Made by a program: the position numbers and the translations under genes. From Bacilli bacterium (GTDB lineage: Bacteria > Bacillota_I > Bacilli_A > RF39 > UBA660), in NCBI GenBank assembly GCA_041655535.1, contig JBBAFH010000003.1:72910-136909 (forward strand): 64,000 bases of DNA, in the 5' to 3' direction. This document shows positions 56,710 to 64,000 of this stretch, one piece after another; position 1 is the stretch's first letter, and every line of letters begins with the position of its first letter. Below the pieces are notes generated by a model. The model saw only the letters and a program-made list of their open reading frames with translations. It was not told the origin of the DNA and did no database searches.

Positions 56710-57813
56710 ATGAAGTTGAATAATAAAGGATTTGCAGTAACAGGTATTCTTTATACAGCATTACTGATGTTTTTAGTCCTGCTTACAGGAATTTTAAGCA
56801 TGATGTCAACTCGTAAAGTGTTACTTGATAAAATGAAAAAAGATGTATATACCAGATTAAATAATATGGAAAATATTGTTTATATTTTTGATTATACGGG
56901 TACTCCTCAAGAATTCGTTGCTGAATATGATGGTAATTATAAAATTGAATTATGGGGTGCGAGTGGAGGAAATACTAAAGTAAATTTAGATGCAACAGGT
57001 GACGATGTTTTTGGTGGTTCTGGATCTTATAATAGTGGTGTTATTAAATTAAATAGTAATGAATCATTGTTTATTTATGTTGGCGGTAAAGGAGATAATG
57101 GGGGAGAATTAGTTGAAACCAAACCAATGGGTGGTTACAATGGTGGTGGAGATGCATTTACTGGAAGATTAACAGAACAAACAGCTGGTGCCGGTGGTGG
57201 AGCAACGGATGTTCGTTTAATTAGCGGATTATGGAATGATGAAGAGAGTCTTAATAGTCGAATTTTAGTTTCAGCTGGTGGGGGCGGTGCCTCAAATTGG
57301 AACTATGCTACAGCCGGCGGGAGTGGCGGCGGTCTTATTGGTGAAGATGGTAAATTAAATGAAAATTCTGTTGTTCATCCTTTAGCAACAGGTGGAACAA
57401 ATAATTCTGGAGGTACTGGTGGAGGTAGCGAAGGGGTTGGCGAATCAGGAATTTTTGGAAAAGGTGGCAATAGTTCTACTACCCATGGTGCCGGTGGTGG
57501 CGGTGGTTACTATGGCGGTGGTGGAAGTGGATATATATCAAGCGGAGTTTCGTCAGGAGCAGGGGGTTCATCTTTCATTTCGGGACATAATGGGTGCAAC
57601 GCTATTGATAGTTCAAGAGTTCACACTAATCAACCAAATCACTATTCTGGTAAAGTATTTAATTCACCTATAATGATTGATGGTAATGGTTATAAATGGA
57701 CTGATATTAAAGCTGAACAAATTAAAATGCCAAGTCCTGATGGAACGCTATATAACCTTGGAGTTGGCCATGTCGGTCACGGATATGCGAGAGTAACATA
57801 TTTAGGTAAATAA
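56710..57813 (+). CDS. glycine-rich domain protein with N-terminal hydrophobic anchor
   Basis: 367 aa. Long GGxGG / GSGG-type repeats (GASGGN, AGGGGASNW, GAGGGGGYYGGGGSGY). N-terminus MKLNNKGFAVTGILY is pilin-like but lacks Glu at +5. Confidence 0.6.
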   Translation: MKLNNKGFAVTGILYTALLMFLVLLTGILSMMSTRKVLLDKMKKDVYTRLNNMENIVYIFDYTGTPQEFVAEYDGNYKIELWGASGGNTKVNLDATGDDVFGGSGSYNSGVIKLNSNESLFIYVGGKGDNGGELVETKPMGGYNGGGDAFTGRLTEQTAGAGGGATDVRLISGLWNDEESLNSRILVSAGGGGASNWNYATAGGSGGGLIGEDGKLNENSVVHPLATGGTNNSGGTGGGSEGVGESGIFGKGGNSSTTHGAGGGGGYYGGGGSGYISSGVSSGAGGSSFISGHNGCNAIDSSRVHTNQPNHYSGKVFNSPIMIDGNGYKWTDIKAEQIKMPSPDGTLYNLGVGHVGHGYARVTYLGK

Positions 57814-57894
57814 TCAAAAAGCATTGATTAAATAGTTTGGTTATTATATAATAAAAAAAGAAATCAAGGAACTTGAGGAGTAAATATAATGAAT

Positions 57895-58087
57895 TTATAG
57901 AGAGTTAGTGGATGGTGGAAACTAATAATAAGTTATGTTGAAAGTCGCAAGGGAGATTAATATCCGAATAGTTAAGATATTACGTATATATGCGTTAAAT
58001 AGTTGAGATATAGTAATTTTTGATTGCTATAAATTAAGGTGGTACCACGTAATCACGTCCTTATGTTTTATAAGGACGTTTTTTTAT
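57895..58087 (+). promoter_or_regulatory. T-box riboswitch leader (Val-specific by context) with terminator
   Basis: T-box sequence AATTAAGGTGGTACCACG (58031-58048) vs consensus AATTAGGGTGGTACCGCG. AGAGAG and a GTGGATGGTGGAAAC distal region lie upstream. Terminator ACGTCCTTAtgttttaTAAGGACGT followed by a T7 run. The downstream operon ends in valS. Candidate GUU specifier at 57932-57934 or 57937-57939. Confidence 0.75.
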
Positions 58088-58097
58088 AGGAGGATTT

Positions 58098-58829
58098 ATG
58101 ATAGAAGAATTTAAAAAATATGTTAGTAATTATAATTTAGAAAACAAAAATATTAAATTGAAATATGAACATTCATTTAGAGTGATGGAACAAAGCGTTA
58201 ATATTGCTAAAAGTTTAGGACTGGATGAAACTGACAAAAAACTTGCAGAAATAATTGGATTACTTCATGATTTTGGTAGGTTCGAACAATTAAAAGTTTA
58301 CAATACTTATAATGATTCAAAATCAATTGATCACGCTAATTATTCGGTTGATGTTTTATTTAATAATGGTGAAATTAGAAAATATATTAAATCTGATTCA
58401 TACGATAATATTATCAAAGCGGCAATTAAAAATCATAATAAATTTGAAATTGAAGGGAATTTAGCCGAAAAAGAGTTACTTCATTCATGCATTGTAAGAG
58501 ATGCTGATAAAATTGATATTTTGTATCTTATTACAATTCTTAAAGAAATTGTGATTAAAGATACAAACGATCAAATAAGTAAAGAGGTAATTGAACAATT
58601 TAATAATAAAAGTACAATAAAGAATGCAACTATCAAGAATAATAATGAAAGGGTTATATCATACTTATCGTTTGTATATGATATAAATTATATATATACT
58701 ATCAAATATATATTAAATAATAAGATTATGGAAAAATATTATGGATTACTTGATAATAAGGAAATGTTTAAACCATATTTTGATGAAATAAATAAATATA
58801 TGGTAAATTTTATAAGGGAAGGTGAATGA
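58098..58829 (+). CDS. HD domain phosphohydrolase
   Basis: 243 aa, ...[12 protein letters not shown]... HD motif. The 3' end overlaps the valS start. Confidence 0.65.
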   Translation: MIEEFKKYVSNYNLENKNIKLKYEHSFRVMEQSVNIAKSLGLDETDKKLAEIIGLLHDFGRFEQLKVYNTYNDSKSIDHANYSVDVLFNNGEIRKYIKSDSYDNIIKAAIKNHNKFEIEGNLAEKELLHSCIVRDADKIDILYLITILKEIVIKDTNDQISKEVIEQFNNKSTIKNATIKNNNERVISYLSFVYDINYIYTIKYILNNKIMEKYYGLLDNKEMFKPYFDEINKYMVNFIREGE

Positions 58830-58830
58830 A

Positions 58831-61392
58831 ATGTTAAATCCTAAATATAATCATTTAGAAGTTGAAGAAGGAAAATATGAAGAATGGAATAACAAGGGTT
58901 ATTTTTGGTCAGGTGACTTGTCCAAAAAACCATTTTGTATAGTTATTCCGCCACCAAATGTAACGGGTAAACTACATCTTGGTCATGCGTGGGATACTAC
59001 GCTACAAGATATAATTATTCGTTATAAACGAATGGATGGTTTTGATGCTTTATGGTTACCAGGAATGGATCATGCAGGAATTGCTACTCAAGCAAGGGTT
59101 GATGCTAAACTACGAGAACAAGGAATAAGTCCTCGTTCTATTGATCGTGAGGAATGGTTAAAACATGCTTGGGAATGGAAGGAAGAGTATGCTAAAAACA
59201 TAAGGGATCAATGGTCAAAAATGGGATTAAGTTTAGATTATACTAAAGAAAGATTTACTTTAGATGATGGATTAAGCGATGCTGTTACCCATGTTTTTGT
59301 TGAGTTATATAATAAAGGTTTAATATATCGTGGCGAAAGAATTATTAACTGGGATCCAGTGCAAATGACTGCTTTATCAAATGAAGAAGTTATTTATAAA
59401 GAAGATAAAAGTTCTTTCTATCATTTAAAATATTATATCGAAGGAACTAATGATTATCTAGAAATTGCAACCACTAGACCAGAAACGTTATTTGGTGATA
59501 CAGCTGTTGCTGTTAATCCAAACGATGATAGATATAAAGATTTGATTGGTAAAAATGTAATTTTGCCAGTAGTTAATAAATTAATACCAATTGTTGGTGA
59601 TGAACATGCTGATCCAGAGTTTGGAACTGGTGTTGTTAAGATAACTCCAGCTCATGATCCAAATGACTTTGAAGTAGGAAATAGACATAATCTTGAACGT
59701 ATTAGAGTTATTAATCCTAATGGTACAATGAATGAAAATGCAGGTATTTATAATGGATTAGATCGTTTTGAATGTCGTGACCAAATTGTAAAGGAATTAC
59801 AAGAAAAAAATTTAATTGTTAAGATTGAACCAATCGTTCATTCGGTTGGACATTCAGAGAGAAGTGATGCGATTGTTGAACCGTATTTATCAAAACAATG
59901 GTTTGTTAAAATGCGTCCACTTGCTGATCGAGTTTTAGAAAATCAAAAAACCAAAGATACTAAAGTAAATTTTGTTCCATCACGTTTTGAAAAAATATTA
60001 ACTCATTGGATGGAAATAACTTATGACTGGTGCATCTCAAGACAATTATGGTGGGGACATCGTATTCCTGCTTGGTATAGAGATGATGAAGTATATGTTG
60101 GCTATGAAGCACCAGAAGGTGAAGGATGGATACAAGATAACGATGTTCTAGATACCTGGTTTAGTAGTGCTTTGTGGCCGTTTAGTACACTAGGATGGCC
60201 AAATGACACGAAGATGCTAGAAAGATACTATCCAAATGATGTATTGGTTACGGGTTATGATATTATTCCTTTTTGGGTATGTCGCATGGTTTTCCAAGGC
60301 TTAGAATTTCTTGATAAAAGGCCGTTTAAGGATTGTCTAATTCATGGATTAATTAGGGATAAGATTGGTCGAAAAATGAGTAAATCATTAGGTAATGGTG
60401 TTGATCCTATGGATGTTATCGATAACTACGGGACAGATGCATTGAGATTCTTCTTATCAACTTCTTCTGCTCCGGGTCAAGATTTAAGATTTGATGAAGA
60501 AAAGGTTAAATCTACTTGGAATTTTATAAATAAATTATGGAATGCTTCAAGGTTTGTTATGTTAAATTTAGAAGATTATGAAAAAACAGACATTAAAATT
60601 GAAGAATTATCAAGTAGTGATAAATGGATATTAAATAAACAAAATGATTTAATAAAAGTTATTAGAAAACATATGGAAAAATACGAATTTAATGTTGTAG
60701 GACAAGAATTATATAGTTTTATTTGGAATGACTTTTGTGATTGGTATATTGAATTGTCAAAAACCAATATGAATGTTCAAACTAAAACCGTATTGTTATT
60801 TGTTTTAAAAAATATTTTAAAAATGTTACATCCATTTATGCCCTATGTTACAGAAGAGATTTATCAAAAACTTCCTCGTGATTTTGATTCGATAATGATA
60901 AGTGATTATCCAAAATATAATAAAGAGTATGAATTTAGAGATGATGTTAATAATATAACTAAAATTATTGAGATTATTACTAAAATAAGAAATGTTAAAA
61001 ACGAAAAAAATATTGGCTCTAACTTCTATCTAATAAATAATTTAAATAATGATCATAAATTTTTATTAAATGATAACAAAGATATTTTTAATAAATTATT
61101 AAAATGTAATATTGTTAATGAATTAGAAGAAAACATGACAACAGTAACGATTCCATTTACTTACGGTGATATAACTGTTGGATATATTGGGTTAATAATT
61201 GAAGAAGATATTGAAACATTAAAGCAAGAACAACAAAAGATAATAATATCTGTTGAGCGCCGTCAAAAACTTTTATCAAATACAGGGTATGTAAATAATG
61301 CCCCCAAAAATATTGTTTTAGAAGAAAAAAGAAAACTCGAAGAAGAAATGACTTCTTTAAAATTAATAGAAGAAAAAATAAAAAACAATTAA
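58831..61392 (+). CDS. valS: valine--tRNA ligase
   Basis: HIGH motif ([15 protein letters not shown]), KMSKS ([11 protein letters not shown]), C-terminal coiled coil. ATG 58831 with GGAAGGTGA 6 nt upstream. Confidence 0.95.
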   Translation: MLNPKYNHLEVEEGKYEEWNNKGYFWSGDLSKKPFCIVIPPPNVTGKLHLGHAWDTTLQDIIIRYKRMDGFDALWLPGMDHAGIATQARVDAKLREQGISPRSIDREEWLKHAWEWKEEYAKNIRDQWSKMGLSLDYTKERFTLDDGLSDAVTHVFVELYNKGLIYRGERIINWDPVQMTALSNEEVIYKEDKSSFYHLKYYIEGTNDYLEIATTRPETLFGDTAVAVNPNDDRYKDLIGKNVILPVVNKLIPIVGDEHADPEFGTGVVKITPAHDPNDFEVGNRHNLERIRVINPNGTMNENAGIYNGLDRFECRDQIVKELQEKNLIVKIEPIVHSVGHSERSDAIVEPYLSKQWFVKMRPLADRVLENQKTKDTKVNFVPSRFEKILTHWMEITYDWCISRQLWWGHRIPAWYRDDEVYVGYEAPEGEGWIQDNDVLDTWFSSALWPFSTLGWPNDTKMLERYYPNDVLVTGYDIIPFWVCRMVFQGLEFLDKRPFKDCLIHGLIRDKIGRKMSKSLGNGVDPMDVIDNYGTDALRFFLSTSSAPGQDLRFDEEKVKSTWNFINKLWNASRFVMLNLEDYEKTDIKIEELSSSDKWILNKQNDLIKVIRKHMEKYEFNVVGQELYSFIWNDFCDWYIELSKTNMNVQTKTVLLFVLKNILKMLHPFMPYVTEEIYQKLPRDFDSIMISDYPKYNKEYEFRDDVNNITKIIEIITKIRNVKNEKNIGSNFYLINNLNNDHKFLLNDNKDIFNKLLKCNIVNELEENMTTVTIPFTYGDITVGYIGLIIEEDIETLKQEQQKIIISVERRQKLLSNTGYVNNAPKNIVLEEKRKLEEEMTSLKLIEEKIKNN

Positions 61393-61430
61393 TTTTATAT
61401 GTGGTATAATGGTAATAATAAGGAGGGAAT

Positions 61431-61766
61431 ATGAGATTATTTGATAGTGAAAAAGATTGGATCTTAAAATTAACTAACTTAGTATTACTTGTATGGTTAA
61501 TATCTGCAATAACATTTTTTCATATCGCTGTTGTTGATATGTTAATGCCAGAACCATTAATTGAATACAAAGAGTATGAGTTAACTAATTGTGGTAAAGT
61601 CAACGAAGAAACTGATTTTGCCAAAAACTGTCTTGACCAATATGAAAATGAGAAGCTTTATAATCGTGATCTTGAAAGAAGACAACAAAAAAGTATTTTC
61701 ACATCATTTGGAAATATTGTCATTGTAACTTTAGGTATCTATTTACTAAATAAAGAAAAAAAATAG
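61431..61766 (+). CDS. small two-TM membrane protein, paralog A
   Basis: 111 aa. Hydrophobic helices at both ends, and a central Cys pair (CGK...C). RBS AAGGAGGG. Promoter TGTGGTATAAT upstream. Confidence 0.6.
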   Translation: MRLFDSEKDWILKLTNLVLLVWLISAITFFHIAVVDMLMPEPLIEYKEYELTNCGKVNEETDFAKNCLDQYENEKLYNRDLERRQQKSIFTSFGNIVIVTLGIYLLNKEKK

Positions 61767-61778
61767 GAGGTATTAAAA

Positions 61779-62120
61779 TTGTTTACTAAAAATACTGATT
61801 TAATTAAAAGAATTATGAATTTAATTTTAGTCGTATGGATTATTATTGCTGTCGTAATTTCTTACAATAGTGTTATTAATATATTCTTTGATAATTATCA
61901 ATATACTTATGAAGAATATAAAATAAAATATTGTAAGTCAACTACTGACGAAGATTGTAAAAGACAACATGAGTCTAATGACTTAAATACAGAAAGAGAA
62001 AAACGTAATCAAACAAAAGTTTTAATAAACTCAACTGGAAATATTCTTATAATAGGTGCTTTTATGTATTTTTTAAATAAAGATAATAAAGAAAAAACTA
62101 CTAAAAAGTCTACTAAATAG
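61779..62120 (+). CDS. small two-TM membrane protein, paralog B (tandem duplicate of 61431..61766)
   Basis: 113 aa. Same architecture and conserved positions: N-L-xL-VW-I, YxxYE, two Cys, GNI-I, YxLNK. Confidence 0.6.
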   Translation: MFTKNTDLIKRIMNLILVVWIIIAVVISYNSVINIFFDNYQYTYEEYKIKYCKSTTDEDCKRQHESNDLNTEREKRNQTKVLINSTGNILIIGAFMYFLNKDNKEKTTKKSTK

Positions 62121-62214
62121 GAATTTTATTCAAAATGGTATATTAGTTATGAATATTGTTAATAATATTATTGACCTATTTAATTAAAATATTGTCATAA
62201 TATGTAAATATTAG

Positions 62215-62244
62215 TTGACTATTATATTAAATGTGTGGTATATT
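62215..62244 (+). promoter_or_regulatory. sigma-A promoter of the pilin-like gene
   Basis: TTGACT, 18 nt, TGgTATATT extended -10. Confidence 0.5.
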
Positions 62245-62272
62245 AAATATGTAAAATAAAGGAGGAAATGGA

Positions 62273-62650
62273 ATGAAGTTAAACAAAAAAGGTTTTACAC
62301 TTGTCGAACTGTTAGCGGTTATCGTAATCTTAGCGATTATCATGTTAATTGCTACACCATCTATTTTAAATATTATTGGTGATGCTAGAAAAGGTGCTGC
62401 TAGAAGTAGTGCAATGGGATACATCAATGCTATTGAAAAAGAAGCTATGGCAAGAGAAGTAACTGAACATTCAGACAGACTAATGAATGCGACAATAACT
62501 GATCCAACATTAATTCCACTTCGTGGACAAGCACCAAAAAGTGTTGACATCAGTATTAGCAATGGTACAGTTGTTAGTGGTTTATTAGAATTTGGTGACT
62601 ATGTATTCGAAGTTAATAACGACGGTACAGTTTCACTAATTGAGGAATAA
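62273..62650 (+). CDS. type IV pilin / pseudopilin (ComGC-like) with prepilin peptidase motif
   Basis: MKLNKKG|FTLVELLAVIVILAIIM... has the class III signal (G-F-T-L-x-E). 125 aa. RBS AAGGAGG. Confidence 0.8.
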   Translation: MKLNKKGFTLVELLAVIVILAIIMLIATPSILNIIGDARKGAARSSAMGYINAIEKEAMAREVTEHSDRLMNATITDPTLIPLRGQAPKSVDISISNGTVVSGLLEFGDYVFEVNNDGTVSLIEE

Positions 62651-62659
62651 CAAAAATAA

Positions 62660-62689
62660 AAAGGAACAATTAACGTTGTTCTTTTTTTG
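62660..62689 (+). terminator. Rho-independent terminator after the pilin gene
   Basis: GGAACAA-ttaacg-TTGTTC followed by a T7 run. Confidence 0.65.
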
Positions 62690-62742
62690 TATATTTATTT
62701 TTATTATAAAATAAGGTATAATGAAGTGAGTGAGGTAGTAAG

Positions 62743-64000
62743 ATGAAAAAATACAAACTGCATATTATATCTTTTTTTATACCATTTTTAATATTTATTA
62801 TGGTTTGCTCAACTGCCAATATTTTTTTAGGTGGAACAAACAATTTTTTAATAAGTGATTCAAAGGCACAATATATTTCGTTGTTTTCTTATTTGAAAAA
62901 CTTACTTTCAGGTAGCGAATCCCTATTTTATTCTTTTTCTAAAGGAATGGGCGGTAATATGCTTGGAACTTTTGCCTATTATCTAGCGAGTCCTTTAAAT
63001 TTATTAATTATTCTTTTTTCAAAAGAAACATTAGTCATTGGAATGATTTTAATTATTTCGTTGAAAATAGGATTATCTGGTCTTACTATGTATATGTATT
63101 TAAAAAGCAAATATAACCACAAAAACACATTGTTTATTTTTTCAAGCTGCTATGCTTTAATGGGGTACATGGTAGTTTACTTTTTTAATTTAATGTGGCT
63201 TGATGCCTTATATTTCGCACCCTTAATATTAATGGGAATAGATAGAATTATAAAAGGTAAAAGTTCTTTTATGTATGGTTTTTTCTTATTTATGGCAATC
63301 CTTACAAATTATTATACTGGATATATGTTATGTATAATGTCTTGTTTATACTTTGTTCAACAGACATTCCTTAAATTTAACTTCAATAAGGATAAAGACA
63401 AAATACTAGCTGCCATTATGAAATTTGGAATTACATCTGTTCTTGCCGGAGTAATGACCTCAGTTCTATTGCTACCATCAGTTTATGAATTATCTGCTAA
63501 TGTCGAACGGGTTGGAAGTTATAATAATCAAAATGGAATTTTTATAAGTAATTTTTTAGAAACATTCTCTCGATTTTTTATTGGTTCTCAAAACGAAAAT
63601 AATGTTTTGAACCACACATCTGCTGCGCTTTATTCAGGATTAATCACTTTACCCTTAGTCTACTTTTATTTTGTAAATAAAAAGATAAATAAAAAAGATA
63701 AAATAGTTAACGGAATATTATTAATCTTATTATTTCTAGGCATTTTTATAAAACCAATTGATTATTTTTGGCACGGATTTAGCTATACTAATAGTTTTGA
63801 ATTTAGGTATTCATTTATCATATCGCTATTTCTAATTAATCTCGCTTGTGAATCATTTTACAAATTAAAAAATATTGATACAAAACATTATTTAATATTT
63901 TTATCAGGTTATATTATTTTATCAACCATTGCTATTATAAAAGAATATATATTTTTAAATATGTGGTTTGTATATTTGTCAGTTGGGTTAGTAATTTTAT
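62743..64000 (+). CDS. YfhO family polytopic membrane protein (putative glycosyl/lipid transferase), 3'-truncated by the window
   Basis: MKKYKLHIISFFIPFLIFIMV... has more than 10 TM segments. Motifs are typical of YfhO-like proteins. RBS GTGAGGTAG. Continues past the window end. Confidence 0.6.
   Translation, partial: MKKYKLHIISFFIPFLIFIMVCSTANIFLGGTNNFLISDSKAQYISLFSYLKNLLSGSESLFYSFSKGMGGNMLGTFAYYLASPLNLLIILFSKETLVIGMILIISLKIGLSGLTMYMYLKSKYNHKNTLFIFSSCYALMGYMVVYFFNLMWLDALYFAPLILMGIDRIIKGKSSFMYGFFLFMAILTNYYTGYMLCIMSCLYFVQQTFLKFNFNKDKDKILAAIMKFGITSVLAGVMTSVLLLPSVYELSANVERVGSYNNQNGIFISNFLETFSRFFIGSQNENNVLNHTSAALYSGLITLPLVYFYFVNKKINKKDKIVNGILLILLFLGIFIKPIDYFWHGFSYTNSFEFRYSFIISLFLINLACESFYKLKNIDTKHYLIFLSGYIILSTIAIIKEYIFLNMWFVYLSVGLVIL

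Noticed and set aside
56710-56810. Calling the glycine-rich protein a type IV pilin/pseudopilin
   Set aside because: The N-terminus has K-G-F but lacks the conserved Glu at +5 (GFAVTG) and the rest is GGxGG repeats. The bona fide pilin in the window (62273) shows the expected KKGFTLVELL.
57392-57673. 93-aa + strand ORF inside the glycine-rich protein gene
   Set aside because: Alternative frame of the Gly-rich repeats (GGT GGN codons read as Val/Ala/Glu). The enclosing ORF has the RBS and full length.

Overview
AT-rich (roughly 28-30% GC), low-GC Gram-positive-type chromosome segment read with the standard genetic code. Conserved proteins are full length with TGA as a stop codon, so the Mollicutes TGA=Trp code is ruled out. 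The core content is: (i) the 3' end of an rpsF-ssb-rpsR operon; (ii) a complete S10-spc-alpha ribosomal superoperon (rpsJ to rplQ, about 14 kb) with secY-adk-map-infA-rpmJ embedded and no rpmD (L30); (iii) a rimP-nusA-ylxR-infB-rbfA operon; (iv) pcrA-galU-ligA, lon, and a T-box-controlled HD-protein/valS bicistron; (v) sporulation-type genes (SpoVID-like LysM/SPOCS protein, YsxE/CotS-like protein, polysaccharide deacetylase) plus an anaerobe marker (desulfoferrodoxin), pointing to an anaerobic spore-forming Firmicute, possibly of the Erysipelotrichia/Clostridia type. The main accessory feature is an ~12 kb insertion (29.87-41.88 kb) that splits a NitT/TauT-type ABC transporter ATPase gene into N- and C-terminal fragments. 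It is bounded by 15-bp imperfect direct repeats around a shared CTTCACT core. It carries a large serine recombinase at one end and a translationally coupled operon for a 2554-aa cyclic beta-1,2-glucan-synthase-like giant protein (GT-A domain + TM segments + GH94-like phosphorylase domain) followed by pgi and a phosphoglucomutase. Other accessory items: a four-gene Fic (HPFREGNGR) cassette with an overlapping small upstream ORF; a 55-aa Cys-rich ORF missing from the ORF track but supplied with an RBS and terminator; a tandem pair of paralogous small membrane proteins next to a type IV pilin-like gene; a signal-peptide/beta-propeller-like gene inactivated by a stop plus an A-tract frameshift; and a Ca2+-type P-type ATPase. 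No rRNA, tRNA or CRISPR arrays were seen.
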